A stretch of 63,752 bases of DNA, counting the filler, from an uncultured Methanosarcinales archaeon (GTDB lineage: Archaea > Nanobdellota > Nanobdellia > Woesearchaeales > CAYMBN01): the NCBI GenBank assembly GCA_964388715.1. It is 6 parts of 4 records of this genome, joined end to end, with 100 filler letters (N's around TTAATTAATTAA, not from the genome) between each part and the next. Parts side by side here need not be neighbours in the genome. Positions count along the whole stretch, not along the records: positions 7,869 to 39,258 come from CAYMBN010000004.1; 5 more parts are not named here. One strand, 5' to 3'. The position numbers were made by a program, and so were the translations under genes. This document shows, piece after piece, positions 20,194 through 30,713 of this stretch (within the stretch, counting starts at the first letter, position 1; the number at the start of each line of letters is the position of its first letter). Below the pieces are notes generated by a model. That model ran no database searches. It worked only from the letters and a program-made list of their open reading frames with translations, and was not told where the DNA came from.

Positions 20194-20879
20194 AACGCAA
20201 GGCACAACTATTATCATACAACCTTTTATCCTATACCTGGAGGATGATTTTTTTAGTTGTGGCTGTATTTACCATAATTTACCTAATCAAATTCTTTACT
20301 AATGTACATGTTGAAACACATGAACTAAGACCATACATATTTTCAAACAACATTGTAAACAGCCTGTCATATTATGATCCGGAAATAAATCGTTTTTATA
20401 AAGGCATACTTGATCCTAACAAAATAAACCAAATTGAAAATTTAATATATTATGGTGAAGAAAACAATGTAATCTGCGCCAATATAAGTCTGTTTGATGA
20501 AAACCAAAACCTTCTCTCAGAATTCTTTTACAATAAGAAAAAATACGATCAATGGAAACCATTAACCTGGAGTGAAGATTATTTTAGTGAAAAATTCCAA
20601 TTCATGATAATTGTAAAAGATTTTGATCAATTAGTAAAACAAGAAAAACAAAGAATCACTAACAAAAACATTGAATTAAACAAACAAATCAACGAAATTC
20701 AAAAAGCATTAGCAATAGCAGGACAAACAGGATCAATACTAGAACAAACAAGATTAACTCAAACAATACCTATATTAGAAATGAGAAAACAAAGAAATAA
20801 TCAAAGATTAGAATTACTCCAAAAAACAAAAGATCCTGTAATGCACATGATAATAGATGTTGTAACACCAAGAGGCTAA
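20190..20879 (+). CDS. Pilin-like protein with a coiled-coil insertion
   Basis: MKRKA/QLLSY; Q/K-rich helical segment near the C-terminus. Confidence 0.78.
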   Translation: MKRKAQLLSYNLLSYTWRMIFLVVAVFTIIYLIKFFTNVHVETHELRPYIFSNNIVNSLSYYDPEINRFYKGILDPNKINQIENLIYYGEENNVICANISLFDENQNLLSEFFYNKKKYDQWKPLTWSEDYFSEKFQFMIIVKDFDQLVKQEKQRITNKNIELNKQINEIQKALAIAGQTGSILEQTRLTQTIPILEMRKQRNNQRLELLQKTKDPVMHMIIDVVTPRG

Positions 20880-20882
20880 AAA

Positions 20883-21407
20883 ATGAATAAGAAAGCTTTT
20901 TTAACAAGCGCAATCATTGATTATTTTGCATATTTAGCATTTGCTTTAGTTATAGTAACTTTCTTTTTTGTTTTTAATCATGCATCAAAGAACATTGAAG
21001 CACAAGTTACAGAATTAAAAGTGGATATTGAAAATGGACAATATTTAGTTACACTCCTCAATAAACCAATCACTATAAACAATCATGATTACACAATAGC
21101 AGAATTGATAGTTAACTCTTTTTATGATAACACAAACAATTTATTACTAAAACAAGAAGCAATCAAAATATTAAAAAGCATTCCTCCTCCACAAGAAACT
21201 ACTGGGGGATGGAACCTTGATATTTTCTTTATGCCACAAGAAAAATTATTTTGGTCTATTCCAAGTTTTACCAGTACACAAACCATCAAAATAAAATCAC
21301 ATCATAATTATGTAATACTTCCTTTAAGGGAGCCTAAAGCTTATCTCAAACTAGACCTTAATTTTGAAACACACAAACCATATGAATTAATAAGGACTAT
21401 AACATGA
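20883..21407 (+). CDS. Class III signal peptide (pilin-like) protein
   Basis: MNKKA/FLTS followed by a hydrophobic helix. Confidence 0.78.
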   Translation: MNKKAFLTSAIIDYFAYLAFALVIVTFFFVFNHASKNIEAQVTELKVDIENGQYLVTLLNKPITINNHDYTIAELIVNSFYDNTNNLLLKQEAIKILKSIPPPQETTGGWNLDIFFMPQEKLFWSIPSFTSTQTIKIKSHHNYVILPLREPKAYLKLDLNFETHKPYELIRTIT

Positions 21408-22885
21408 AACTAAAAAACAATAAAAAAGCAGCAATGTTATTCTCAATACTAATAGTCTTTGTAACCTTCTTTGTACTTCTTTATGCATATATACAACTTA
21501 CAGACAAATACAATGATTTTGATCAAAAAATTGGCTTAAGACAACTCTCATTACTAAAAGCAGAAGCAGATAAAGAATTATCATTAATTTACAATGATCT
21601 TATTGCAAAACACGCAATAAAAAAATCATACCTAGGTCTTAACAACAACGGAGGACTTTTCAACAAAGATTGTGGTGAAGTATATGGTTACAGCCTATGG
21701 AACAACAAAGAAAAAGAATGTTACCCAAATACACAAACAGAATTGCCACTTTTTATTCAATCTAATTTATCAACTGATTATGAAATCACAATAGGTCAAA
21801 ACATAAAAGGTTTTTCATACAATTTCCTAGAACAGAACATTTATTGCACACAACAGGGCTTTAACAAATATTGGGGTTGGACATTTCAACCAGATCAAGA
21901 CTTTATGTGTGGAAAACTTACATACAAACATAATTTTAAACTTCCTCTCAAAAAAGACCTATCTGCTTACAATGATTTAATTGACAAATCCAAAGAATTG
22001 ATCCAAAAATGCCAGATAGAAAGTGATGTACAAGGTTGTGTTAACAAAATTTCCAAAGAGAACAATTGGCAACTAGTTCAATTAGAAGAAAATACTAATA
22101 ATCACTTTGCTTTTAATTACAATAACATTAAATTTGCACTTTTTATCCCAGATAAAGTACCTCCTTCTGAAACACAATTTATTTCTGTTAGTGATAACAA
22201 AGTAACAGAAGGATCTGTTTTAATCAACTTCAAACCAAATCCAGAAACAGACATAAAACATTATAACATTTATTATGAAAAAAGTCCATTGATTATACTT
22301 AAATCAATTGTACCAAGTCAAGTAAAAAACAAAAAAACAATAAATCAATTTGATTATACATATAATGATTATACACATAACAAAGAAAATCTTTACAAAT
22401 TCTCCACAGAAGAAGAATCTACTTTCAAAAGATTTGAACCAGGCAAATTATACTATTTTACTCCAACTGAAAAAGATTCCTACTACATATATGTTCTAAA
22501 CAACCTAGAAGATAATAAAAACCATCTTTTTGCTATGACTGCTACTGATTACAGTGGAAATGAAAGAATCACTGCAAAAATTAAATATGGTTCATCTATT
22601 GATGACCTCTATGCAGAACCTATTCAAGAGATTGAAGTAACACCTATCTCAGATCAAATCCAACTTACTTGGAAAATGCCTGAAAAAAATATTGATGGAA
22701 CAGAATTTGATGATTTCAGTCACTATAACATTTACTGTTTAGAAAACAACGTTATGACAGAATCAACACCTATAACAACAACACAAGAAACAATTACCAC
22801 AAATAAATGCAACTATTACACTATAACAGCAATAGATCAAACAGGAAATGAGAATAAAAACTTTAACTTTGTTGAATCTTCTTAA
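21404..22885 (+). CDS. Pilin-like protein with C-terminal fibronectin type III-like domains
   Basis: NKKA/AMLF; DIKHYNIYY, AMTATDYSGNE, LTWKMP..HYNIY..ITAIDQTGNE. Confidence 0.78.
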   Translation: MKLKNNKKAAMLFSILIVFVTFFVLLYAYIQLTDKYNDFDQKIGLRQLSLLKAEADKELSLIYNDLIAKHAIKKSYLGLNNNGGLFNKDCGEVYGYSLWNNKEKECYPNTQTELPLFIQSNLSTDYEITIGQNIKGFSYNFLEQNIYCTQQGFNKYWGWTFQPDQDFMCGKLTYKHNFKLPLKKDLSAYNDLIDKSKELIQKCQIESDVQGCVNKISKENNWQLVQLEENTNNHFAFNYNNIKFALFIPDKVPPSETQFISVSDNKVTEGSVLINFKPNPETDIKHYNIYYEKSPLIILKSIVPSQVKNKKTINQFDYTYNDYTHNKENLYKFSTEEESTFKRFEPGKLYYFTPTEKDSYYIYVLNNLEDNKNHLFAMTATDYSGNERITAKIKYGSSIDDLYAEPIQEIEVTPISDQIQLTWKMPEKNIDGTEFDDFSHYNIYCLENNVMTESTPITTTQETITTNKCNYYTITAIDQTGNENKNFNFVESS

Positions 22886-23870
22886 TTTCACTATCTAACT
22901 TCTTAATCTCTTGATCAGGATTAACATCAGTAAAAACTAATTGAGATACAAATTCAAGCCTATCAAACATTTGATTCCTTTTTGTTCTTCCAACAACCTT
23001 AATCATTTTTCCTAACAAATCATTTTTCAATCCTTCAAAAGCTTGTGGATTTTCTTTAAGTGCAAGCATTTCTTCTGGCCTTTTCCCTAACAAACGTTCT
23101 GCTTGTGCTCTAAAAAAAACAGTTCTTATTGAATCAGTTCCATCATCTAGTACAGTATTCATTACATATGAATAACTTGGTTTTTGTTCATTATGTGTAT
23201 CACAAAAAAATAAATTTTCTCTTTGCTTTAACCTTTTTCCACATTCAGAACAAACCTCAAAAAATCTTGGTTCAAGTGCTTGAACAATTGTACCTAACAA
23301 TTCAATATCCCTTTCCTCTTCTTTTAACTCACTGATTTGCTTCCTTGTACCAGAATATTGTTTAACTTCACCCACATTTTCCCCTTCTGGATTTATAATT
23401 AAAGAACTATTATCATTTAAGTGTACTTCTTTATAACCTTGATTTTCTTTCACATACCCACCATCAAGTTTAATAATATCATTTTCTTTTAAATTAAGAA
23501 TATTATCAGCTGTACTTCCCCACATAACAACTCTTATCTTACCTGTTTCATCACCAATTATCATTGATCCAACTTTACCTTTACGATTATTTGTTTCAAA
23601 TTCTCTAACACCAAACAATCTTTGTACTTTTCCAACTGTTTCAACATTTCTCATTCCTGTAAGGATATTTTTAATTTCTAATCTACCACCTAATTGATCA
23701 AATAATCTTACCCCATATTCATTTGCAACAATATGTGCAGCACCCTCTTTAGAAATTAACCCTGACAATTGTTCCATTTTTTGTTTTACTTTAACTTCAA
23801 TATCTTCTTTAGAAACATTAGCTTTTTCTTGAATTTTTTGTAATATATTTTCATAAGGTATTTTAATCAT
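22863..23870 (-). CDS. rpa: Replication protein A (OB-fold ssDNA-binding protein with zinc finger)
   Basis: GDETGKIRVVMW OB motif; CSECGK..CDTH; DDGTDSIR. Confidence 0.85.
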   Translation of the reverse strand: MIKIPYENILQKIQEKANVSKEDIEVKVKQKMEQLSGLISKEGAAHIVANEYGVRLFDQLGGRLEIKNILTGMRNVETVGKVQRLFGVREFETNNRKGKVGSMIIGDETGKIRVVMWGSTADNILNLKENDIIKLDGGYVKENQGYKEVHLNDNSSLIINPEGENVGEVKQYSGTRKQISELKEEERDIELLGTIVQALEPRFFEVCSECGKRLKQRENLFFCDTHNEQKPSYSYVMNTVLDDGTDSIRTVFFRAQAERLLGKRPEEMLALKENPQAFEGLKNDLLGKMIKVVGRTKRNQMFDRLEFVSQLVFTDVNPDQEIKKLDSEIKKIQQS

Positions 23871-23938
23871 TTTATCCTACATGAAATATTTATTGTTTAT
23901 ATAGTTAACTATTTAAAATAGGTAATAATCTTCACTAT

Positions 23939-24391
23939 ATGCTCGCAAAAACACACTTAATTTTTGGATTATTAATAGGATTACTTACTTTTCAATATTT
24001 TGAAATTAACAAATATTTGTTTATTTTTATAGTATTATTAGGAGCTATTTTGCCAGATATTGATGAAAAAGATTCTTATATCAACAAAAAATTAAAAATT
24101 TCAAAAATCATTGGATATATATTCAAACACAGAGGTTTTTTTCATTCATTATTTTTTGTTTTTTTAATATGTTTATTATTTTATTACACTCTTGGTCCTA
24201 ATTATGCTTATGCTTTATTAATTGGAATTACATCACATTTAATTGCAGATAGCCTAACCAAATCAGGCATAAACTTTTTTCATCCATTCAAGATTTTTAG
24301 AATAAGTGGATTTGTTACAACAGGCTCACTTTTCGAAACTGTATTACTTATAATTTTAATTATAATTATTGTATTGGTCATATTGAAATGA
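23939..24391 (+). CDS. YdjM-like membrane metal-dependent hydrolase
   Basis: TH, LPDID, HRGFFHS and SHLIADSLT motifs. Confidence 0.85.
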   Translation: MLAKTHLIFGLLIGLLTFQYFEINKYLFIFIVLLGAILPDIDEKDSYINKKLKISKIIGYIFKHRGFFHSLFFVFLICLLFYYTLGPNYAYALLIGITSHLIADSLTKSGINFFHPFKIFRISGFVTTGSLFETVLLIILIIIIVLVILK

Positions 24392-25290
24392 AAATAGGTA
24401 ACTTAAAACTCAAAAACAACCTTGTACTAGCACCAATGGCAGGTGTAAATGATCTTGCTTTTAGATTAATGTGTTTAAAATATGGTGCTGGATTAATTTA
24501 CACCGGAATGGTAAGTTCTGAAGCACTTGCAAGAGGAAACAAAAAAACAAAAGAAATTTACAGAACATGTAAACAAGAAAAACCATTAGCTATACAATTA
24601 TTTACTTCAAAACAAGAATTTCTTGCAAAAGCAACTAAAATAGTTTCAAAATCAGCAAGTATAATTGATCTTAACATGGGATGTCCTTACCCAGATCTTA
24701 CTAAAGCTGGGGCTGGTTCTGCTTTACTCAAATATCCAAAAAAAATTCAACAATTAATTAAAACCATGAAAAACAACACAACAAAACCAATCACAGCAAA
24801 GATTCGTATTACTTCTCAACTAAAAAACACAATCAAAATTGCAAAAATAATTGAAAAAGCAGGTGCAGATGCACTAGCAGTGCATGCAAGAACACAAAAA
24901 CAATTTTATTCTGGAAAAGCTGATTGGAAAATTATCAAGAAAATTAAACAATCCATTTCAATCCCCCTCATAGCAAACGGAGATGTTAGGTCAAGGCAAG
25001 ATTATCAAGATATTCTTGAACAAACAAACTGTGACTTTGTCATGATTGGCAGAGCAGCAATAGGAAATCCAGCAATATTTTCAGAAATTCTCAAAAACAA
25101 ACCTAAAAACAGATTCAAACTATTTCAGGAATATTATAAACTAGCTAAAAAACACAAAATAACTTACCTCCACCATTTAAAGACTCAAGCAGCCTTCTTT
25201 ATTAAAGGAATGCCAGGAGCAGCAAGTATAAGAAATCAAATAATGCAAACCAAATCCATCAAAGAATTACAAAAAATAATAAAAAAATAA
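24388..25290 (+). CDS. dusB: tRNA-dihydrouridine synthase
   Basis: LAPMAG, DLNMGCP, VHART, NGDV and MIGRAAIGNP motifs. Confidence 0.9.
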   Translation: MKIGNLKLKNNLVLAPMAGVNDLAFRLMCLKYGAGLIYTGMVSSEALARGNKKTKEIYRTCKQEKPLAIQLFTSKQEFLAKATKIVSKSASIIDLNMGCPYPDLTKAGAGSALLKYPKKIQQLIKTMKNNTTKPITAKIRITSQLKNTIKIAKIIEKAGADALAVHARTQKQFYSGKADWKIIKKIKQSISIPLIANGDVRSRQDYQDILEQTNCDFVMIGRAAIGNPAIFSEILKNKPKNRFKLFQEYYKLAKKHKITYLHHLKTQAAFFIKGMPGAASIRNQIMQTKSIKELQKIIKK

Positions 25291-25292
25291 AA

Positions 25293-25493
25293 TTAAAACA
25301 ATACACCTAATCTAAACAGTGCTGATCCTAACCAAGCTACTAATACTGCATAAGCTAGTGCCATCATCCAATGTAATGGAATACCTTTCCAGAAATGATG
25401 TGTTTCTTTGTCATGCATGCTTGCTGTTAAGGTCATTATTCCATACCCTAAACAATCCAGAACAAACAAATACCAAATAATTTTTTCTATCAT
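25293..25493 (-). CDS. Small membrane protein
   Basis: 66 aa, two TM segments; SD GAGGTGA upstream. Confidence 0.65.
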   Translation of the reverse strand: MIEKIIWYLFVLDCLGYGIMTLTASMHDKETHHFWKGIPLHWMMALAYAVLVAWLGSALFRLGVLF

Positions 25494-25510
25494 TTAATCA
25501 CCTCTTTATT

Positions 25511-25735
25511 TTACACTCCCAAAAATTTAAACAGTTCAAATATAAGGAATGCTGGCCAAACAATTGCCTTTAATACTCCTAAAACACCATTCCAAAATCC
25601 TGTTGCAGTTGATATGAAATAAATCAGTGCACCTATAAAACCTACACAATAAATACCTGGCCCAGAACAAGACTCTTTAAAACTACATTTCATTTTTGGT
25701 TTCTTTACCTTTTTCTTTGCTTTCTTTTTTACCAT
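25511..25735 (-). CDS. Small membrane protein
   Basis: GFIGALIYFI..GVLKAIVWPA; SD GGGGTGA upstream. Confidence 0.7.
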   Translation of the reverse strand: MVKKKAKKKVKKPKMKCSFKESCSGPGIYCVGFIGALIYFISTATGFWNGVLGVLKAIVWPAFLIFELFKFLGV

Positions 25736-25748
25736 TTGGTTTCACCCC

Positions 25749-26216
25749 CTAAACTTGTGCAAAAAGTATCATATAATTATGTCCAAACTTTTTAGCACAC
25801 TTTGGACAATATGCATAATGAACATAATACTTTTTAGCTTTTTTCCCTTTTAAATATGGATTCATTTGTTTTATAAATTTAGGAACAGCATTATAAGGTC
25901 CATCAAATACTTTTGTCATAAATATTCCAGACAAATTAACATTCTTTGCTTTTTCAACAGGTTTTGTAACATTCATATATAACTCAGACTTAAACATATG
26001 TGGATCATAAAATAATACTAACCAATCTTCTTTAGGTGGATCTGCTTTAGCTTCTTTCGTCAATTTCCACATCTTTGTAATCTTCTTCCCAATCATTGGT
26101 GGAAAAGGTATATGAAATAGTGTAGGAATAGTTTCTTTAATAAATGGTTTATTTTGCCAATTAAATGTCTTTTTATCCCATTTCTCAGGTTTAAATTCAG
26201 GACAGCAATCTTCCAT
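25749..26216 (-). CDS. Conserved hypothetical protein (GyrI-like fold possible)
   Basis: CCPxF..W, KVFDGPY and YCPKCAK motifs. Confidence 0.7.
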   Translation of the reverse strand: MEDCCPEFKPEKWDKKTFNWQNKPFIKETIPTLFHIPFPPMIGKKITKMWKLTKEAKADPPKEDWLVLFYDPHMFKSELYMNVTKPVEKAKNVNLSGIFMTKVFDGPYNAVPKFIKQMNPYLKGKKAKKYYVHYAYCPKCAKKFGHNYMILFAQV

Positions 26217-26309
26217 AACACATCACCCATATAGTAATTGTTTTTGAGTTTTATAAATTTTATGGAGAAATTACTTTAAATAAGGCAGATTTAATATGTT
26301 TAATAAATT

Positions 26310-28880
26310 TTATTCACAAACTTGATATGGTCCTTCCTCTTCTTCAGGTTCTTCTTCAACTTCTTCTTCAGGACAATCATATCCTATACAGGCAAGTTTA
26401 GGTGGTGGTGGTACAGGAAGACCGCTACTGCTTTTTGACATCTCACCTTTGTTACAAGTAAATGTTATTAGTGTACCGCCGTGAGATCCTTGAAATGCTT
26501 TAGGAAGTTCAACCATGTTCAAAAATTCTACCTGTGGTGGTCCACCTCCTTCATAATAACACTCATAAGTCATATATTTATTTTTAATAGTAAACACATC
26601 AACATTAGGAACTGATCCTGTAACAGTACAACCAGAATACTTGTAAATCTCATCAACTTGCACCTGTGTTGTATCTTTTAAACGTAAAGTCCCTTGAAAA
26701 TAACAGTTACTCCAAGAACTAATTGATACTTCAGTATCACATACTTGACAGCCATTCTCATGAGTTTGTCCATCACTATAACAAACACCATCAACAAAAC
26801 AACCACCACAACCAGTATCAAATTTCATGATTTCTGATTGTTCACAAAATACACCTTGTACACAACTTACTGCTCTGAAGTTATATGTTGTTTCAGGAAT
26901 TAATCCTACAGAGATTTTTATTTCATGGTTTTCTACTGGAATAGAAGATTTAATATTTAACATTTCAGTTTTTCCATCTTCACCATACATTACTTTAGAT
27001 GTTGTTGGTAAGTTAGTTTTCCAGGAAATTGTTGCAGTAGATGCTGTTATTTCTTTAACTTGTACATCATAAATTTCTATGTTTTCACACTGACCATTTT
27101 TACATATTTCCGTACATTCATAGTTTGTGTTCTTTACCTGGTTGCCTGAACAGTAGAATTCTTTTAAGTATTTTCCATCTAGACAAATGTCTTGTAAAGG
27201 GTAATCATCAGTTATCATTGGAATGTTATCCAAGGAAACACCTTGATCTGTTTTTTGAGTGTAAACAAAACCACTTTTATCATATACAAGTCCATTGTCA
27301 GTATCTTTACATATTTCACCTGTTGGAATGTCTTCCAAAGGTTCATCTAATAAAACATTACCTTCTTGTAAAATATTTTCATCTAATAAATTATCTTGTT
27401 CAGAAGAGGATTCATCCTCTAGGCACTCTTCAAAAGTTTTTTTACATGTGCCATCTTGACAAAGGAATGGTTTTACTAAAGGACAACCTTCACATTCTTT
27501 GAATTCTTTAGTACAAGTGCCATCTTGACAAAGGAATGGATTGTCTTCAGGACAACCTACATCAACAATAATTATTTCTTCCTTCTCAATTGTAAACAAT
27601 TCCCACCATGGTTTTTCTTCTTCAAGAAGAGATAAATTATGAGCATCTACTTTTTTTGATGTTTCAATATTAACAGGAATAATACCAAAAAGATGAGTTT
27701 CTTTTTTTGTTGAGATTTCATAGACTGCACGATTATCTTCAATGTCAAGTTTGATTTCTTCTAAATCATTTACTTTCCTAACATGTTGTTCTAATAATTC
27801 ATCATACTCATTTTCTATGACTACTTGATTGTCATCTTGTTTTAAAACAATGAAATCTTCACGTACATCAGTTTCAATATCTTCAGCAATATGGAAATTA
27901 ATTAGGTTTTCTTCTTCATCACTGTTAATATGAAGAGTAGTTTCTCCATCATTAGAAATTTCAAGTGATGCTTCATAATCCCACCAATATACTTGATCAG
28001 CACTAGGTTCATGACCAGGCTCCCAACTATCAGGACCTGTACCTGGATCATCACCCCATTCACCAGAAGCATCAAAACAACGCGCATCAATAATACAATT
28101 ATATCCATCACCAGATGGACCTTCAATTGGTTCCCCATAACAATGTTCACATGTTCGACATGATTTTTCTCTTTCTTCCCATTGTTTTTCAGTTAAACAA
28201 TTATTACCAGAACCATATAAATCAAGGCATTTATCTGCACATGCCGTGCATTTTGGATTTTGTTCTCCTCCAGCGTCCGGACCTAAACCTTGACATATCA
28301 ATCCTGAATCAACACAATCACGCATACACTGTTCAAACTCATTATCTACAGAGGGTCCTTTTTCTATGCCACATTCTTCTTCACATTGACCAATATAATC
28401 AGCTTGGCAAGAAAAATCTAATTTATCACAGTTTTTATATAAGCAAGACTCAGTACAAGCTTCTTCTTCATTTGCTGGCCGGTGAATATCCTTAATAGCT
28501 GCAGCTTTAGCACAATTACCTGTACATTCTTCAAGATTTTTTATATCATTAAAATCAAAGAAATTTTTATACTCTTCTTCAGATAACATGTACTCTGCCT
28601 TATCTCCAGAAGTAAAATAAAAAATCAAATTACATTTGTCATTAATCAAACCTTTAATTTCAACCTTAGAAACACCTGCATCATCTGTTAAAGGAGGGAA
28701 AGTACTAATTTCACAATTATGAATACGACCAAGACTTTGTTCCATTCTTTGAGCCATATCATCAAAATCCATGCCTGGCCTTTCATCCATACCTTCAGGA
28801 GGTCCTTCATCATATTGAGCAACTACAAATGAAGATAAAACAAATAAGAATACAACAAATAACACTCCTCTTTTTTTCAT
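26310..28880 (-). CDS. Secreted Cys-rich acidic protein with an FN3-like domain
   Basis: Signal peptide; many Cys; LFGIIPV..EEKPWW motif; CKDTDNG..GxV repeat; ATISWKTN FN3-like segment. Confidence 0.75.
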   Translation of the reverse strand: MKKRGVLFVVFLFVLSSFVVAQYDEGPPEGMDERPGMDFDDMAQRMEQSLGRIHNCEISTFPPLTDDAGVSKVEIKGLINDKCNLIFYFTSGDKAEYMLSEEEYKNFFDFNDIKNLEECTGNCAKAAAIKDIHRPANEEEACTESCLYKNCDKLDFSCQADYIGQCEEECGIEKGPSVDNEFEQCMRDCVDSGLICQGLGPDAGGEQNPKCTACADKCLDLYGSGNNCLTEKQWEEREKSCRTCEHCYGEPIEGPSGDGYNCIIDARCFDASGEWGDDPGTGPDSWEPGHEPSADQVYWWDYEASLEISNDGETTLHINSDEEENLINFHIAEDIETDVREDFIVLKQDDNQVVIENEYDELLEQHVRKVNDLEEIKLDIEDNRAVYEISTKKETHLFGIIPVNIETSKKVDAHNLSLLEEEKPWWELFTIEKEEIIIVDVGCPEDNPFLCQDGTCTKEFKECEGCPLVKPFLCQDGTCKKTFEECLEDESSSEQDNLLDENILQEGNVLLDEPLEDIPTGEICKDTDNGLVYDKSGFVYTQKTDQGVSLDNIPMITDDYPLQDICLDGKYLKEFYCSGNQVKNTNYECTEICKNGQCENIEIYDVQVKEITASTATISWKTNLPTTSKVMYGEDGKTEMLNIKSSIPVENHEIKISVGLIPETTYNFRAVSCVQGVFCEQSEIMKFDTGCGGCFVDGVCYSDGQTHENGCQVCDTEVSISSWSNCYFQGTLRLKDTTQVQVDEIYKYSGCTVTGSVPNVDVFTIKNKYMTYECYYEGGGPPQVEFLNMVELPKAFQGSHGGTLITFTCNKGEMSKSSSGLPVPPPPKLACIGYDCPEEEVEEEPEEEEGPYQVCE
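27448..27539. repeat. Intragenic direct repeat with 69-bp period
   Basis: GTGCCATCTTGACAAAGGAATGG at 27448 and 27517, encoding PFLCQDGT twice. Confidence 0.85.
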
Positions 28881-29064
28881 AATACCAATTCAATTTACAG
28901 AATATAAAAATCTTTCTATAAAATTTATTCTATAACTAAAAACCCACTCCCCACTGGACAAACACGGTAAAAGTATATAAAGGAAGACGTATTTTTATAT
29001 ATTAACTCCAAGTGCCTTATGAGGTGCTTTGAAACAAGACGCGATAAGCAAGGAGGTGTTTGCT

Positions 29065-29313
29065 ATGTCTGAGAACAAACCTGAAAAAAAATTTAGTGCA
29101 GGAGCTATTTCTGCAACTGTGTGGGCTAATGAAGCCAAAAATAAACAAGGAGAACCTGTTTCCTATAGAACAGTATCTCTACAGAGAGCATATAAAGACA
29201 AAAACGATGTATGGCAACATACAAATTCTTTTAGAGTAGGTGATCTACCAAAAGCAACTTTAGTACTGCAGAAAGCATATGAATATATTGTTTTAAAAGG
29301 AGAGGTTGAATAA
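29065..29313 (+). CDS. Small conserved protein immediately upstream of radA
   Basis: SD GGAGGTG before ATG 29065; 2-nt gap to radA. Confidence 0.75.
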   Translation: MSENKPEKKFSAGAISATVWANEAKNKQGEPVSYRTVSLQRAYKDKNDVWQHTNSFRVGDLPKATLVLQKAYEYIVLKGEVE

Positions 29314-29315
29314 AA

Positions 29316-30248
29316 ATGGAATTAAAAGAATTACCTGGTGTAGGAGCAGCAACAGTTGATAAACTAACTCAAGCCGGTTTTAGAGATTTGATGAGCATTG
29401 CAGTAGCATCACCAGGACAGTTAGTTGAAGCTGTTGGTGTAGGTGAAGCTTCAGCAAGAAAAATGATCAATGCTGCTAGAAACAATCTTGATATGGGGTT
29501 TGAAAGTGGTGCTCAACTATTAAAGAAACGAGCCTACGTAAAAAAGATTACAACAGGAAGTGAAAGTTTTGACAAATTAATGGAAGGTGGTTTTGAAACA
29601 GGCGCAATAACAGAATGTTTTGGAGAATATGGTTCAGGTAAAACACAGATAGCACATTTACTAGCAGTAAATATTCATAAAAACAAAGAATACAAAAATC
29701 CTATTGCAATTTACATTGACACAGAAAACACATTTAGACCAGAAAGAATTAAACAATTAGCAGTTGGTGCAGGTATTGATCCTGAGCTAGCATTGAAAAA
29801 CATTAAAGTTGCCCGTGCATATAACTCTGATCATCAAATGCTTTTAGCAGAAAAGATTCAAGATCTCATTACAAAAGATAACTTAAACGTAAAAGTTGTT
29901 ATAATTGATTCATTGATAGCACACTTTAGAGCAGAATTCATTGGCCGTGGAACATTAGCAGAAAGACAACAAAAACTTAACAAACACATGCACACACTAC
30001 TCAAACTAGCTGATGCTAATAATGTATGTTTGTATGTAACAAACCAAGTACAAGTAGATCCTGCTCAGTTCTTTGGTGATCCAACTAAAGCTGTTGGTGG
30101 ACATATTGTTGCACACGCATCAACATTCAGAATCTATCTAAGGAAAGGTAAGAAAGGTAGCAGAGTAGCTAAGTTAGTAGACAGTCCTAATCTACCTGAT
30201 GGTGAATGTAATTTCTTTGTAGAAACTCAAGGATTAAGAGATGTATAA
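29316..30248 (+). CDS. radA: DNA repair and recombination protein RadA
   Basis: N-terminal HhH LPGVG; GEYGSGKTQ; IDTENTFRPER; GRGTLAERQQ. Confidence 0.96.
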   Translation: MELKELPGVGAATVDKLTQAGFRDLMSIAVASPGQLVEAVGVGEASARKMINAARNNLDMGFESGAQLLKKRAYVKKITTGSESFDKLMEGGFETGAITECFGEYGSGKTQIAHLLAVNIHKNKEYKNPIAIYIDTENTFRPERIKQLAVGAGIDPELALKNIKVARAYNSDHQMLLAEKIQDLITKDNLNVKVVIIDSLIAHFRAEFIGRGTLAERQQKLNKHMHTLLKLADANNVCLYVTNQVQVDPAQFFGDPTKAVGGHIVAHASTFRIYLRKGKKGSRVAKLVDSPNLPDGECNFFVETQGLRDV

Positions 30249-30356
30249 TTTTTTTATTTTTTTTTCACCAAAAATTTATAAATAATACCTTATTTTCTCC
30301 TCTTATAAGCACATTATCTCAATAATGTGTAAATAGATACATAAGGTGAAATAAAT

Positions 30357-30668
30357 ATGATGGGAAGAAGTTTTGCGCCTGTTAAAGTTGGCGAAGAAAT
30401 TGATGTAAAAATAGAAGCTGTTGGAGAAAAAGGTGATGGTATAGCAAAGAAAGACGGCTTTGTATTGTTTATCCCTGGTGTTAAGGAAGGGGAAGAAGTT
30501 AGAATAAGAGTAACAAAAGTCTTACGAAAAGTAGGCTTTGCTGAAGCTATTGGAAAAGCTACTGGAGAAGTTAAATCCTCAGAACCTGCTCAGGAACAAC
30601 CAGCAGCAGAACCAGAACCTGCAGTAGAAGATACAGAAGACTTTGGTGAAGATATCAAAGAAGAATAA
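30357..30668 (+). CDS. Single TRAM-domain RNA-binding protein
   Basis: APVKVGEEIDVKIEAVGEKGDGIAK..FVLF; acidic tail. Confidence 0.9.
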   Translation: MMGRSFAPVKVGEEIDVKIEAVGEKGDGIAKKDGFVLFIPGVKEGEEVRIRVTKVLRKVGFAEAIGKATGEVKSSEPAQEQPAAEPEPAVEDTEDFGEDIKEE

Positions 30669-30713
30669 TTATTATGATTAAATTTATATATTCTTTTTCT
30701 TTTTTCTTTTTTC

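Noticed and set aside
30310..30329. CACATTAT/ATAATGTG hairpin in the TRAM gene leader
   Set aside because: A single 8-bp AT-rich stem is too weak to call a regulatory RNA without comparative data.
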